Positions 56,474 through 64,000 of a DNA stretch of 64,000 nt are shown here, one piece after another. Source of the DNA: a virus (Duplodnaviria; Caudoviricetes); the IMG/VR virus record IMGVR_UViG_2912765049_000001, positions 1 to 64,000 of that record; one strand, given 5' to 3'. Position 1 is the first letter of the stretch. Every line of letters starts with the position of its first letter. The translations under genes and the position numbers were made by a program. A model generated the notes under the pieces. That model ran no database searches, was not told the origin of the DNA, and saw only the letters and a program-made list of their open reading frames with translations.

Positions 56474-56806
56474 TCATTCGGGGGCGGGAAGGCCGACGAG
56501 GTGGCGTGGAGGCTCGTCGTCGCCGTAGGCCAGGGCGAGTTGGTGGATGACGGCGGTGAGGCCGGGCAGCAGGGTCCGCGCACCGCTCTCGTTGGGCAGG
56601 GTGAAGCCCTCGAGGTCGAAGTTCAGCGCCCAGGACTGCAGGAAGCTGTCGTCGCGCCGGGCCTGGGCGGAGGCCGCCTTGTACAGGTCGAGGATGCGCA
56701 GCACCGCCTTGTGCAGCTCGGGCGCCTCGCCGGCCGGGGTGTTGGCGATCGTCTCGCGCAGCCAGGCGGCGGTCTCGGCCGTCCGGTCCGGCAGGGGGTC
56801 CGTCAC
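56474..56806 (-). CDS. hypothetical protein
   Basis: GGAG RBS, GC3 bias. Confidence 0.6.
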   Translation of the reverse strand: MTDPLPDRTAETAAWLRETIANTPAGEAPELHKAVLRILDLYKAASAQARRDDSFLQSWALNFDLEGFTLPNESGARTLLPGLTAVIHQLALAYGDDEPPRHLVGLPAPE

Positions 56807-56910
56807 TGCATCTCCATTCGCTTCGCGGGGGCCGTGCGTGGCCGCCGGTCCCCCGCGCAGAATCGCTCTGGGACAAGCAGCCTCGTATAAGGGAATTTAT
56901 ACGAGCCTGA

Positions 56911-57051
56911 TTACGGCTTGGTGCCGAACAGGGCCTCCAACACGCGTAAGGCCCGCTCGCGCACCGCCGGATCCGGATGCGACACCGCCACCACCAGGAC
57001 CAGCGCGACGGTGAAGGGCAGAACGGCCAGGGCGGAAGGTGTGATCTCCAT
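56911..57051 (-). CDS. small membrane peptide
   Basis: TM helix followed by PDPAVRERALRVLEAL. Confidence 0.5.
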   Translation of the reverse strand: MEITPSALAVLPFTVALVLVVAVSHPDPAVRERALRVLEALFGTKP

Positions 57052-57253
57052 GCCGTCGAACGTAGGGTGCGGTGCTGTCGCGCTGGAAGACGTGCAGCTG
57101 TAGCGAGTTGTAGCGGAATACGCGCTACAGCTGTCGCGCAGTTGCGCGACACCGGAATTCACCCGATCGGGGCGCGCGCCGTGGGCTGACGCAGCCGCCG
57201 GGCGTCAGTAGCCTGGCAACGCCAGGCCCCGCTCGGGCCACCGGGCACCAAGT

Positions 57254-57502
57254 TCACCGTCGGGAACTCGCGTCGGTCCGCCGCGGCGGCAGCGGGAACA
57301 CGGCCGGCACGATGCGGAACAGCGCCACCGGCCACGCCACCAGCAGCAGGGCCACCAGGCCGGGCAGGTTGTGCTCCAGGCCCCACAGGTCCGGGCTCGA
57401 ACTCGCCGATCCCGCCGGGCGGTTCTTCACGAAGAACACGGTGACGGCCGACATCACCAGCCAGTTGGCGAGCCAGAGCATCAGCAGCGCGGAAGGCGTC
57501 AT
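57254..57502 (-). CDS. small two-TM protein
   Basis: two hydrophobic segments. Confidence 0.5.
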   Translation of the reverse strand: MTPSALLMLWLANWLVMSAVTVFFVKNRPAGSASSSPDLWGLEHNLPGLVALLLVAWPVALFRIVPAVFPLPPRRTDASSRR

Positions 57503-57754
57503 GGGATGAACCTACCCGCGCTGGCGCCTGCTGTGGCCCTTGCCGTACAGGTGGGTTGGAGCCACCCGATTGGGTGTCCGCTCCGGCACTCGCGAAGATC
57601 GAAAAGCCGCTGGCGGCTCTCTCGCGGCCTGGCAGTCCCTCCGGCACCGCGCCATACCGGCGACTGCGAGTTCGGCCGCGCACGGTGCCGTTCTGGAGGC
57701 CGATTTTCGCCCGATTCCCCGAAATTGATCTTTCCGGCGCGGGGCTCGACTTCC

Positions 57755-57779
57755 ACATTACAACGTTGCGTTGTAATGT
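57755..57779 (+). promoter_or_regulatory. palindromic operator/promoter TACAACG-N3-CGTTGTA (copy B)
   Basis: perfect ACATTACAACG-TTG-CGTTGTAATGT; -10-like TAATGT. Confidence 0.7.
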
Positions 57780-57817
57780 TGGGCTTAGCGAAGACAGATC
57801 GACGCAAGGAGCACCCG

Positions 57818-58141
57818 ATGGAGACTCAGCACTGCCCCTCGACGTACAGCCGGGAGCGGGAGGACGACCGCACCACCTACACCTGCATCCGGGAGGCGGG
57901 GCACCCCGGAACGCACAAGGCGGGTCTCACCGAGATGGTCACCTGCTACTCGGCGTACCGCGAGCCCATCCAGGTCGAGGCGGAGATCGGCTGGGCGGAC
58001 TGGGAGGCGTTCCTCGCGGCGCAGCGCACCGCGCCCGACGACCGGCTGCTGGAGCTCGGCGCGGCTCTGGTCGACAAGCACGACTTCTACGAGGACATGC
58101 TCACCCGGCAGCCTCGCTACGCGGCGCTGACCTCCGCCTGA
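57818..58141 (+). CDS. hypothetical protein
   Basis: AAGGAG RBS; C...C....GH.G.H motif. Confidence 0.65.
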   Translation: METQHCPSTYSREREDDRTTYTCIREAGHPGTHKAGLTEMVTCYSAYREPIQVEAEIGWADWEAFLAAQRTAPDDRLLELGAALVDKHDFYEDMLTRQPRYAALTSA

Positions 58142-58247
58142 TGACCCCGTACCCGCGGCGGTGCCCCGACGACCACGTCGGGGCACCGCCGTTGCCGATG
58201 AACGGGCCGCCCCGGATCTCACGCACTGGTCCACGGCGTCGAGCCCG

Positions 58248-58266
58248 GTGATTGCGGCGCAATCGC
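58248..58266. repeat. one-mismatch copy of the 19-bp palindrome
   Basis: GTGATTGC-GGC-GCAATCGC. Confidence 0.75.
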
Positions 58267-58346
58267 AGGTCGCCCGCCGTGGCGAACTCTGCGCCCTCCT
58301 CTGGGAGTACGCCGCGCGAAACCACGATGACCTTCCCAAGAACAAG

Positions 58347-59183
58347 CTACTTCGACCACCCGGGCCCGGTGCCCGCTGCGGGAGCACCCACCTCCAAGTG
58401 GTCAACGCCTTGACCACCCTCGGCCAGGGCGCGCCGCACCAGAGGCAGCGACAGTACTCCGCAGGTCCGCCGGCCCAGCTCGCGCTTCCCCGCGCCCGCC
58501 GCGTGTTCGGCGCGCAGCGCTTCGCCGAGGCGCTCGAGGGCCCGAGCCTCTGCGTCCCGTGCCGCCCGAACCTCCTCCAGAGCTTCGTCCACGCTCAGTG
58601 GGTGGTCAACGCCTTCACCACCCGCTTCCTGCACCGTTTCTGGCCCCTGGCCCTTCTCCGGTGCGCCGCGTCCCGGCGGATCATCCCGGCCCTTAAAGGG
58701 CCCGTACCGGAAGCGCCGCTCGCCGGTCAGCTCTTCTTCGTGGGCGTCGACCAGCTTCCGCAGCCGGGTCTCGTACCAGTCGGTGAAGATGTCCTCCACC
58801 TCCCAGTCCCGCGCCCGCGGCCATCCGGCGTCCTCCTCCAGGGCAGCCATGAACGCCTTGTAGAGCGGATGTCCCCACTGGCGCGGGTGCTTACCGCAGT
58901 CCTGCTCACATACCGCACACAGCACCGGCCACGGGTCCTTGAAGACGCCCTGGGGGAAGTCGTCGGACATCACCGATACGGCCAGCACCCCGGCCTCGGG
59001 GCGCGCGGCATCGACGAGGATCTGCATCGACGGACCGGGCAGCCACGCCTGCACCAAGGTGCCCCCGCACTTTGGGCAGTACGGAACCGATGGATCCAGG
59101 CCGCGGCGGCGGCGCACCTCCGCCCCTGCGCTCGCTTGCCTCCCACGCCGCTTCGACCTCTTCCGCGCCCGCGCCTTCGCCAT
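58347..59183 (-). CDS. hypothetical protein with zinc ribbon
   Basis: GGAGG RBS; CPKCG, CAVC. Confidence 0.55.
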   Translation of the reverse strand: MAKARARKRSKRRGRQASAGAEVRRRRGLDPSVPYCPKCGGTLVQAWLPGPSMQILVDAARPEAGVLAVSVMSDDFPQGVFKDPWPVLCAVCEQDCGKHPRQWGHPLYKAFMAALEEDAGWPRARDWEVEDIFTDWYETRLRKLVDAHEEELTGERRFRYGPFKGRDDPPGRGAPEKGQGPETVQEAGGEGVDHPLSVDEALEEVRAARDAEARALERLGEALRAEHAAGAGKRELGRRTCGVLSLPLVRRALAEGGQGVDHLEVGAPAAGTGPGWSK

Positions 59184-59233
59184 CGGCCACCTCCGGCGCC
59201 ACAGCCTAGAAGCCTGTCGCCGTCCGGACGGCC

Positions 59234-59848
59234 ATGATGGGGGACGTGAACCCCCGTGACCTCGAACTCACCCTCGCCGCCGCCCGCGCGGTCGGACCCT
59301 GCCCGCCCGGCGAGGAGGCCGCGTGGACCGAGCAGGTCCGCGCCCGGGCGGTCCACCTCTACACCCTCGCCGACACCGTCAGCGGAGACCTCCAACGCCT
59401 CGACTCCGCAAAGCAGTTCACGGCCACCCTGCTGACCGTGCGCGTCGAGGCCACCAGCACCCGCGGCATCCTCGTCGTACGCAACACCTCCGGCGAACTC
59501 GAGCGCCTGCGCACCGACCGCGGCGACAGCGACGCCGGCCGGGCGATGATTGAGCGGGCCCGGGCCCTGGTGGGGCACCGGCTGCGGGTGTACCGCCTCA
59601 ACGAACAGATGGCCTCCAACGCCAAGCTGCAGGTCCGCACCGTCGTCCACCTCACCGACCACGGCCCGGACACCGACCCGATCCACGAGCACAGCGCCAA
59701 GGACAACGTGCTGGCCGCCGCCGAGGGCGACAAGGACGCCGCCCGCCGGGCCTGGCAGGACGCCGGGCTGCCCGAGACCGGCTCGGTGTCCGTGTCCCAA
59801 CTCGCCGCCGCCCTGGCCCAGCTTCCCGCCGCGGAGGACACACCGTAG
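59234..59848 (+). CDS. hypothetical protein
   Basis: GC3-biased ORF. Confidence 0.7.
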   Translation: MMGDVNPRDLELTLAAARAVGPCPPGEEAAWTEQVRARAVHLYTLADTVSGDLQRLDSAKQFTATLLTVRVEATSTRGILVVRNTSGELERLRTDRGDSDAGRAMIERARALVGHRLRVYRLNEQMASNAKLQVRTVVHLTDHGPDTDPIHEHSAKDNVLAAAEGDKDAARRAWQDAGLPETGSVSVSQLAAALAQLPAAEDTP

Positions 59849-59929
59849 AGCCGGACCCGGCCCTACGATGGCGGCCTGGGTCCGGCCCCGATACCTGCGG
59901 GGCCGGACCCAGGCCGTTGTTGCCGGGCG

Positions 59930-60319
59930 TCAGGCCGCCGCGGACGCGCCCTCGCCCGGGGCTGCGACCGGCCCGCGGTCGACGCCGGCGGGGGCGACCA
60001 GGCGCTCGAGGAAGGCGCCGATCAACTCGACGGGCACCTCGCCGGTGAAGGTCGCCGTCCAGAAGCGGGGCTTGGCGAGGACCGCGTGTCCCGGCTCGCC
60101 GGGCAGGAAGCCGACCGCCTGGACCTTCCACAGGACGTCGGTGGTGGCGTACTCGGCGGCCTCGGGCTGGAACACCAGCCGGGCCTGCCCGCCGGGAGCC
60201 ACGACCTGGGTGTTGGAGGACGGGTCGGTGTGCGGGGTCCAGCCGGCCGCTGTCAGGACGTTGAACGCGACCGCGGGGTCGCCTTCGTCCGCCAGGAGCG
60301 CCGGGACGTTCGTCGTCAT
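59930..60319 (-). CDS. DUF317-like protein
   Basis: L.AAGW...APGG.ARL...W...WTATFTGEVPVELIGAF; AAGGA RBS. Confidence 0.7.
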   Translation of the reverse strand: MTTNVPALLADEGDPAVAFNVLTAAGWTPHTDPSSNTQVVAPGGQARLVFQPEAAEYATTDVLWKVQAVGFLPGEPGHAVLAKPRFWTATFTGEVPVELIGAFLERLVAPAGVDRGPVAAPGEGASAAA

Positions 60320-60746
60320 GCCGTAAGTCCGTTCCTTCGGGGCGGGCGGAATTACCCGCCGCGTTTTCGGGTGGCCAGGAACGTAGCTCGCCCTCGGGAA
60401 CAACATCAACGGCCTCTGAAAAAACGTGAATTCGGCATTCTACGGGGATATCGAGTGCTCTTTCGGACGCGGCCTCGCCGCCCGCGCCCAGGCTCGTCAC
60501 CACAGGTGGATGGCCTACGGCCGTCACCCCCGACAGCTTCCCCAGGTTCATCCTGTCCCAGGTTCGTCGGCAACCGTTTCCACCCGTGGGCCGCTGGAAT
60601 TTTCCACCCGTGGCCGCGCCGAAACCCCCGTACTCAGCCCCTGCTCCTCGGCTTTAGCGAGCCCACTTCTGAGAAAAAAGCGGAGCCAGCGCCAAGGCGG
60701 CCCGAAACCCGTTGAGCTGCCCGCCGCACCAGTGCCAAGGTGGCTC

Positions 60747-61490
60747 ATGAGCAAGAAGAACGTCCGGGTGCCGGACGACAGCGAACTCGTCCGGCTGGCT
60801 GCCGCGGCATGTGAGAGCGCCGCGAGCAAGCTGGAGGCGGCCACGCTGCTGCTGGGAGCGGAGCAGTGGGCGGAGGCGTTCTACAACGCCGCCCTCGGCT
60901 TCGAAGAACTGGGCAAGGCGCACCTGTGCCTGACCGTGGTGATGATCCCCACCCAGTACCGCAGCGACGTGACGCCTCGGGAGTTCTCCGAGATGTTCAA
61001 CGGCCACGGCGCCAAGGCGGCCTTCGGGCACCTCGTGCTGCGCAGCCTGGTCGACCGGGACGCACCGGTCGCCGTGACCGACATGCTGGCCGAGGCCGAA
61101 GCGGCGGCCGCGCAGACCAACACCACCAAGTTCCGGGGCCTGTACGTCGACCTGGGCGCAGACGGCACGCTGCTGCACCCGAGCGACGTCGTGGAGAGCG
61201 ACGCCCGCTGGATGGTCGACCGACTGCAGACACTGCACGAGTGGATGGGCCCGATGTGCGCCGAGGCCGGCCGGGACCCCGACTTCCTGGCGTTCTTGGT
61301 CCAGTTCCGGGAGAACATTGACGCCGACGCGATCGCGGACGCCCTCGTGGCCGACCCGGAAGACTGGCTGCGCCAGCTGCGCGCTGCGGTCCAGGCCCCG
61401 TTCACGGCACTGCCGTCCTGGATGTCCGACGCCCTCCTGGCTCTCCCAGGTACGGCAGAGCTGTCACGCAGCGAGGCCGCGCAGCCCTGA
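60747..61490 (+). CDS. AbiV family abortive-infection protein (HEPN-like)
   Basis: A..LL......A...A.LGFEELGKA, H..K, N..KFRGLYVD. Confidence 0.85.
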   Translation: MSKKNVRVPDDSELVRLAAAACESAASKLEAATLLLGAEQWAEAFYNAALGFEELGKAHLCLTVVMIPTQYRSDVTPREFSEMFNGHGAKAAFGHLVLRSLVDRDAPVAVTDMLAEAEAAAAQTNTTKFRGLYVDLGADGTLLHPSDVVESDARWMVDRLQTLHEWMGPMCAEAGRDPDFLAFLVQFRENIDADAIADALVADPEDWLRQLRAAVQAPFTALPSWMSDALLALPGTAELSRSEAAQP

Positions 61491-61503
61491 CGGTGCCGGG
61501 CCG

Positions 61504-62352
61504 CTACTGGTCCGCTTCCTCAACGCCGCAGAACTGCTCGAACAGCAGCGGGGACCCGAGCGCGGTGGCGGTGAGCTTGCGGTGCGCGGCCTCGAGCGTG
61601 CGTACGGCGGCGGGCAGCCCGGCCGGGGGCGCGGGCTTGCCGCCGCGCGGCCGGCCGGGGGCGGTGGTGACCCACAGCTCCTCGACGTTGCCGCCCTTGA
61701 GGACCTTCAGGTGCCCGGCGGTCAGCGCCTGGTGGGTGGCCTTCCAGCGGGCCAGGGCGCCGCGGGAGACGGCGTCGATCGGGTACCAGTCCTCGCCGAC
61801 CCGGGCGCGCGGCAGGGAGCGCTCCAGCTCGAGGTCGGTCAGCCGCATCGGGTGCAGGGCGCTTATCCCCTGACCGGTGCACACGGCGAGCGCGATCAGG
61901 GCGACGGAGCGTTCCCAGGTCGACTCGAGCATCCCGGCCGGGTGGTGCCCGGACAGCAGCCGCAGGGTGCGGTGGGCCTCGGTGGGGGTGAGTCGGTCGG
62001 CGAACTCCGGCGCCGGCGGCTGCAGCTCGAGGGGTTGGCCGCAGTAGCGGGAGAAGGTGTTGACCGAGCTGGTGCGCGCGGCCATGGAGTTGACGGAGGC
62101 CCGGGCGGTTGGGCCCTCGAGGCCGGGGCGGCGCCGGGTCAGGCCGCGCTGGGCGTCGGTGAGCCAGGCGAGGGCATTCTCCTCGTCCAGGAGGTCCTCG
62201 GTGGCCACCGTACTGACGGCGCCGTCGCCCTGGTCGGCGACCCAGGCCACGTACTCGTCGAGGAAGGCGCGGCGCTGGCGCCGGGTGGCTTCGGCGCGCA
62301 GGGTGTCCACGAACGCGGCGACGGCCGCGGTGGCGCGGCGGGGAGGCGTCAC
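61504..62352 (-). CDS. catalytically degenerate tyrosine-recombinase-like protein
   Basis: core-binding-like N-terminus, then ERSVALIALAVCTGQGISALHPMRLTDL (catalytic Arg position is Q) and ALARW...LWVT; ends before an HxxR/Y. Confidence 0.65.
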   Translation of the reverse strand: MTPPRRATAAVAAFVDTLRAEATRRQRRAFLDEYVAWVADQGDGAVSTVATEDLLDEENALAWLTDAQRGLTRRRPGLEGPTARASVNSMAARTSSVNTFSRYCGQPLELQPPAPEFADRLTPTEAHRTLRLLSGHHPAGMLESTWERSVALIALAVCTGQGISALHPMRLTDLELERSLPRARVGEDWYPIDAVSRGALARWKATHQALTAGHLKVLKGGNVEELWVTTAPGRPRGGKPAPPAGLPAAVRTLEAAHRKLTATALGSPLLFEQFCGVEEADQ

Positions 62353-63083
62353 AGCTTGTCCCACCCCAGGTCGCGGTGTACCTGCCGGACGGCCCGGGCG
62401 GTGGGCGCGATGAAGGTGTGCAACAGGCGCAGGGCGCCGTCGCACTGGGCGCCGACGGCCGCGAGGTCGCGGTGCCGGCGGCCGCGGCTGCCCTTGCCGG
62501 AGGGGTCGACGAGGTCGAGCTCGTGGACGACCTCGTGGCGGGCGTTGAAGAAGGGCTGGTGGCCTTTGAGTATGGCGTCGTCGAGGGCGGGATCTTTCTT
62601 CAGGCCGAGGGCGTTGCGGCAGCGGGTGAGGTCGGCTGCGCCCTGGATGCTCGAGCCGGCCAGGTCCTCGACGTAGAGGTCGATTAGGGCGGAGCGCGGG
62701 TCGATGTCGACCACGGCCTTCTTGGTGGCCTGGGTCATCTCGCCGGTCAGGCGGCTGGACATGAAGTGGCTGACGAAGGCTCCGTGCGCGTCGCCCGCGG
62801 TGGACAGCAGGGTGGGCAGCGAGTCGCGCAGCAGGGTGCGCAGGCAGGCGTCGATGCCGGCCGCGGTGAACACGATGGCGGCGCGGACCTGGTCGCGGTG
62901 GGCCTCGGAGATGGGGCCGCGGGGGTCGTTCTGCGCGCTGCGCAGTTCGTTGAGGGTGGTGAACAGTCCGGCGACGGACTTGTGCGTGGCGACGAGCCGG
63001 GCCCAGCTGCGTTCGACTTCGGGCGGGCAGCCGTGCGGCTTGCGGGGCAGGTTGGTCAGCTCGACGAGCGTCAGTTTCGACAA
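62349..63083 (-). CDS. HEPN domain protein
   Basis: RAAIVFTAAGIDACL helix and RX4H motif (ARHEVVH); AAGGAG RBS before TTG; GTGA overlap with the next gene. Confidence 0.75.
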   Translation of the reverse strand: MSKLTLVELTNLPRKPHGCPPEVERSWARLVATHKSVAGLFTTLNELRSAQNDPRGPISEAHRDQVRAAIVFTAAGIDACLRTLLRDSLPTLLSTAGDAHGAFVSHFMSSRLTGEMTQATKKAVVDIDPRSALIDLYVEDLAGSSIQGAADLTRCRNALGLKKDPALDDAILKGHQPFFNARHEVVHELDLVDPSGKGSRGRRHRDLAAVGAQCDGALRLLHTFIAPTARAVRQVHRDLGWDKL

Positions 63084-63145
63084 CGTCTTCTCCTTGCGCC
63101 GTTCTCCGCGTGGTGCCCGCGGCCTCTCCGCCTCGAAGTATGAGG

Positions 63146-63375
63146 TGTGTCCGACCGCCGTGTCACTAAATAACAGCAAGTAGCTGGCGATCACGGGGCC
63201 CGGTCCTCCAGCTAGCCCATCGTTTCGGTTCGTGTCGAACCGAGTCGTACGTGCCGGTCCGGTACGGACAATGCGGCCTTCCGGCCTCCCGGCACGCGCT
63301 CCCCCACCGACGCCGACTCTGTCATCTGCGGGTTCGGCTGTTTGCTGTTATTTAGATACACGACGGTCGGACACA
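63146..63375. repeat. 34-bp inverted repeat pair (31/34 identical) enclosing 162 bp
   Basis: 63146-63179 TGTGTCCGACCGCCGTGTCACTAAATAACAGCAA versus the reverse complement of 63342-63375, TGTGTCCGACCGTCGTGTATCTAAATAACAGCAA. Confidence 0.88.
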
Positions 63376-63467
63376 GGGCGCCTGCCGCTGTTGCCGCTCG
63401 GCTCGGCAGTCGGGCACCCCAAGGAAGTGCCGTACGCGAGCGGGCTCCGGTCACTACGCTCAGGCCC

Positions 63468-63662
63468 GTGACCGAGCGACCCGTCGAGAACGTCGACAAC
63501 CGCCCCACGGCGATCGAGCCCAAGCAGAGCGACGCCGTGGAGGACGCCCACTTCCGCCGGCGTCTGCGCGCCACCATGGAACGGCCCCAGACACGCCCGC
63601 CGCTCCTGACCCTCGAAGACGTCCGCGCCCTCGAGGACGCTCCCCCGCCGCAGCGTCCGTGA
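63468..63662 (+). CDS. small hypothetical protein
   Basis: GC3-biased short ORF downstream of the right repeat arm; start uncertain. Confidence 0.4.
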   Translation: MTERPVENVDNRPTAIEPKQSDAVEDAHFRRRLRATMERPQTRPPLLTLEDVRALEDAPPPQRP

Positions 63663-63744
63663 TCTTCCCGTCGCCTGACACTGGTGAGTGGTTTCGCGGG
63701 GAACGCCGCCGCGCCGCCCGGGCACTGCCCTAGCCTGCTGTGCC

Positions 63745-64000
63745 ATGGACATCGAGCTGACTGACGATGAGCACCTGCGGGCACTGGCCGCGCTGGAGGC
63801 CGTCGTGGGAAACGACGACGATGCCCTGGCAGTCCTGGCAGGCGGTGCCGGCGAACGGCCGCTGCCAGCGCTGCTGGCCGCCTACGGACAGCACACCCTC
63901 CACCGCGTCGTGATCGCCGCATTCGGCATCGACGCCACCATGGACTACGACGAAACGGGCCGACTGGTATCGGAGATCAACAGCGACCCGGTGGCCCCCC
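63745..64000 (+). CDS. hypothetical protein, partial
   Basis: MDIELTDDEHLRALAALEAVVG..., open to the window end. Confidence 0.6.
   Translation, partial: MDIELTDDEHLRALAALEAVVGNDDDALAVLAGGAGERPLPALLAAYGQHTLHRVVIAAFGIDATMDYDETGRLVSEINSDPVAP

Noticed and set aside
1243-62676. Many long alternative-frame ORFs in the track (e.g. 1243-3072 +, 28989-30590 +, 44595-46334 -, 50981-52582 -)
   Set aside because: They are shadow ORFs of high-GC DNA, antisense to or overlapping motif-bearing genes, and Arg/Gly/Pro-rich.
1-64000. Complete prophage or conjugative transfer region
   Set aside because: No terminase, portal, capsid, tail, TraB/FtsK or relaxase recognised in this window, so the element type cannot be fixed from it.

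Overview
Very GC-rich, Streptomyces-type DNA that reads as the core and accessory arms of a large actinomycete plasmid or phage-plasmid-like element. There are no chromosomal housekeeping genes, and no virion or conjugation genes are visible in this window. The left ~39 kb is mostly minus-strand, translationally coupled operons of small phage-like genes: PAPS-reductase family, HAD, ImuB-like, NERD, DUF1643, RNase AS-like exonuclease, MmcB-like nuclease, WhiB x2-3, RusA, DUF5131, ASCH, C5 DNA methyltransferase and a degenerate AAA ATPase. Six of these operons start at the same promoter-operator cassette (AAACCC[A/T]ATACGTAAGCAA), and a tandem ribbon-helix-helix gene sits directly under the last copy. 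The centre (27.8-33.7 kb) is a maintenance module ordered rep-like wHTH > small ORF > DciA/DUF721 > ParB > ParA. A 19-bp palindrome GTGATTGC-SSS-GCAATCAC occurs 11 times across it, once more at 40.0 kb and once (one mismatch) at 58.2 kb. The right part carries plus-strand accessory operons, a DEDDh exonuclease, an element-borne initiator tRNA-Met with an adjacent tRNA-like structure, and a tyrosine recombinase. It ends in a putative defence island: AbiV, a HEPN protein coupled to a catalytically dead recombinase-like protein, and a 34-bp inverted repeat pair. All family calls come from motifs recognised by eye, not database searches. Many start codons were re-assigned from RBS and stop-start overlaps.
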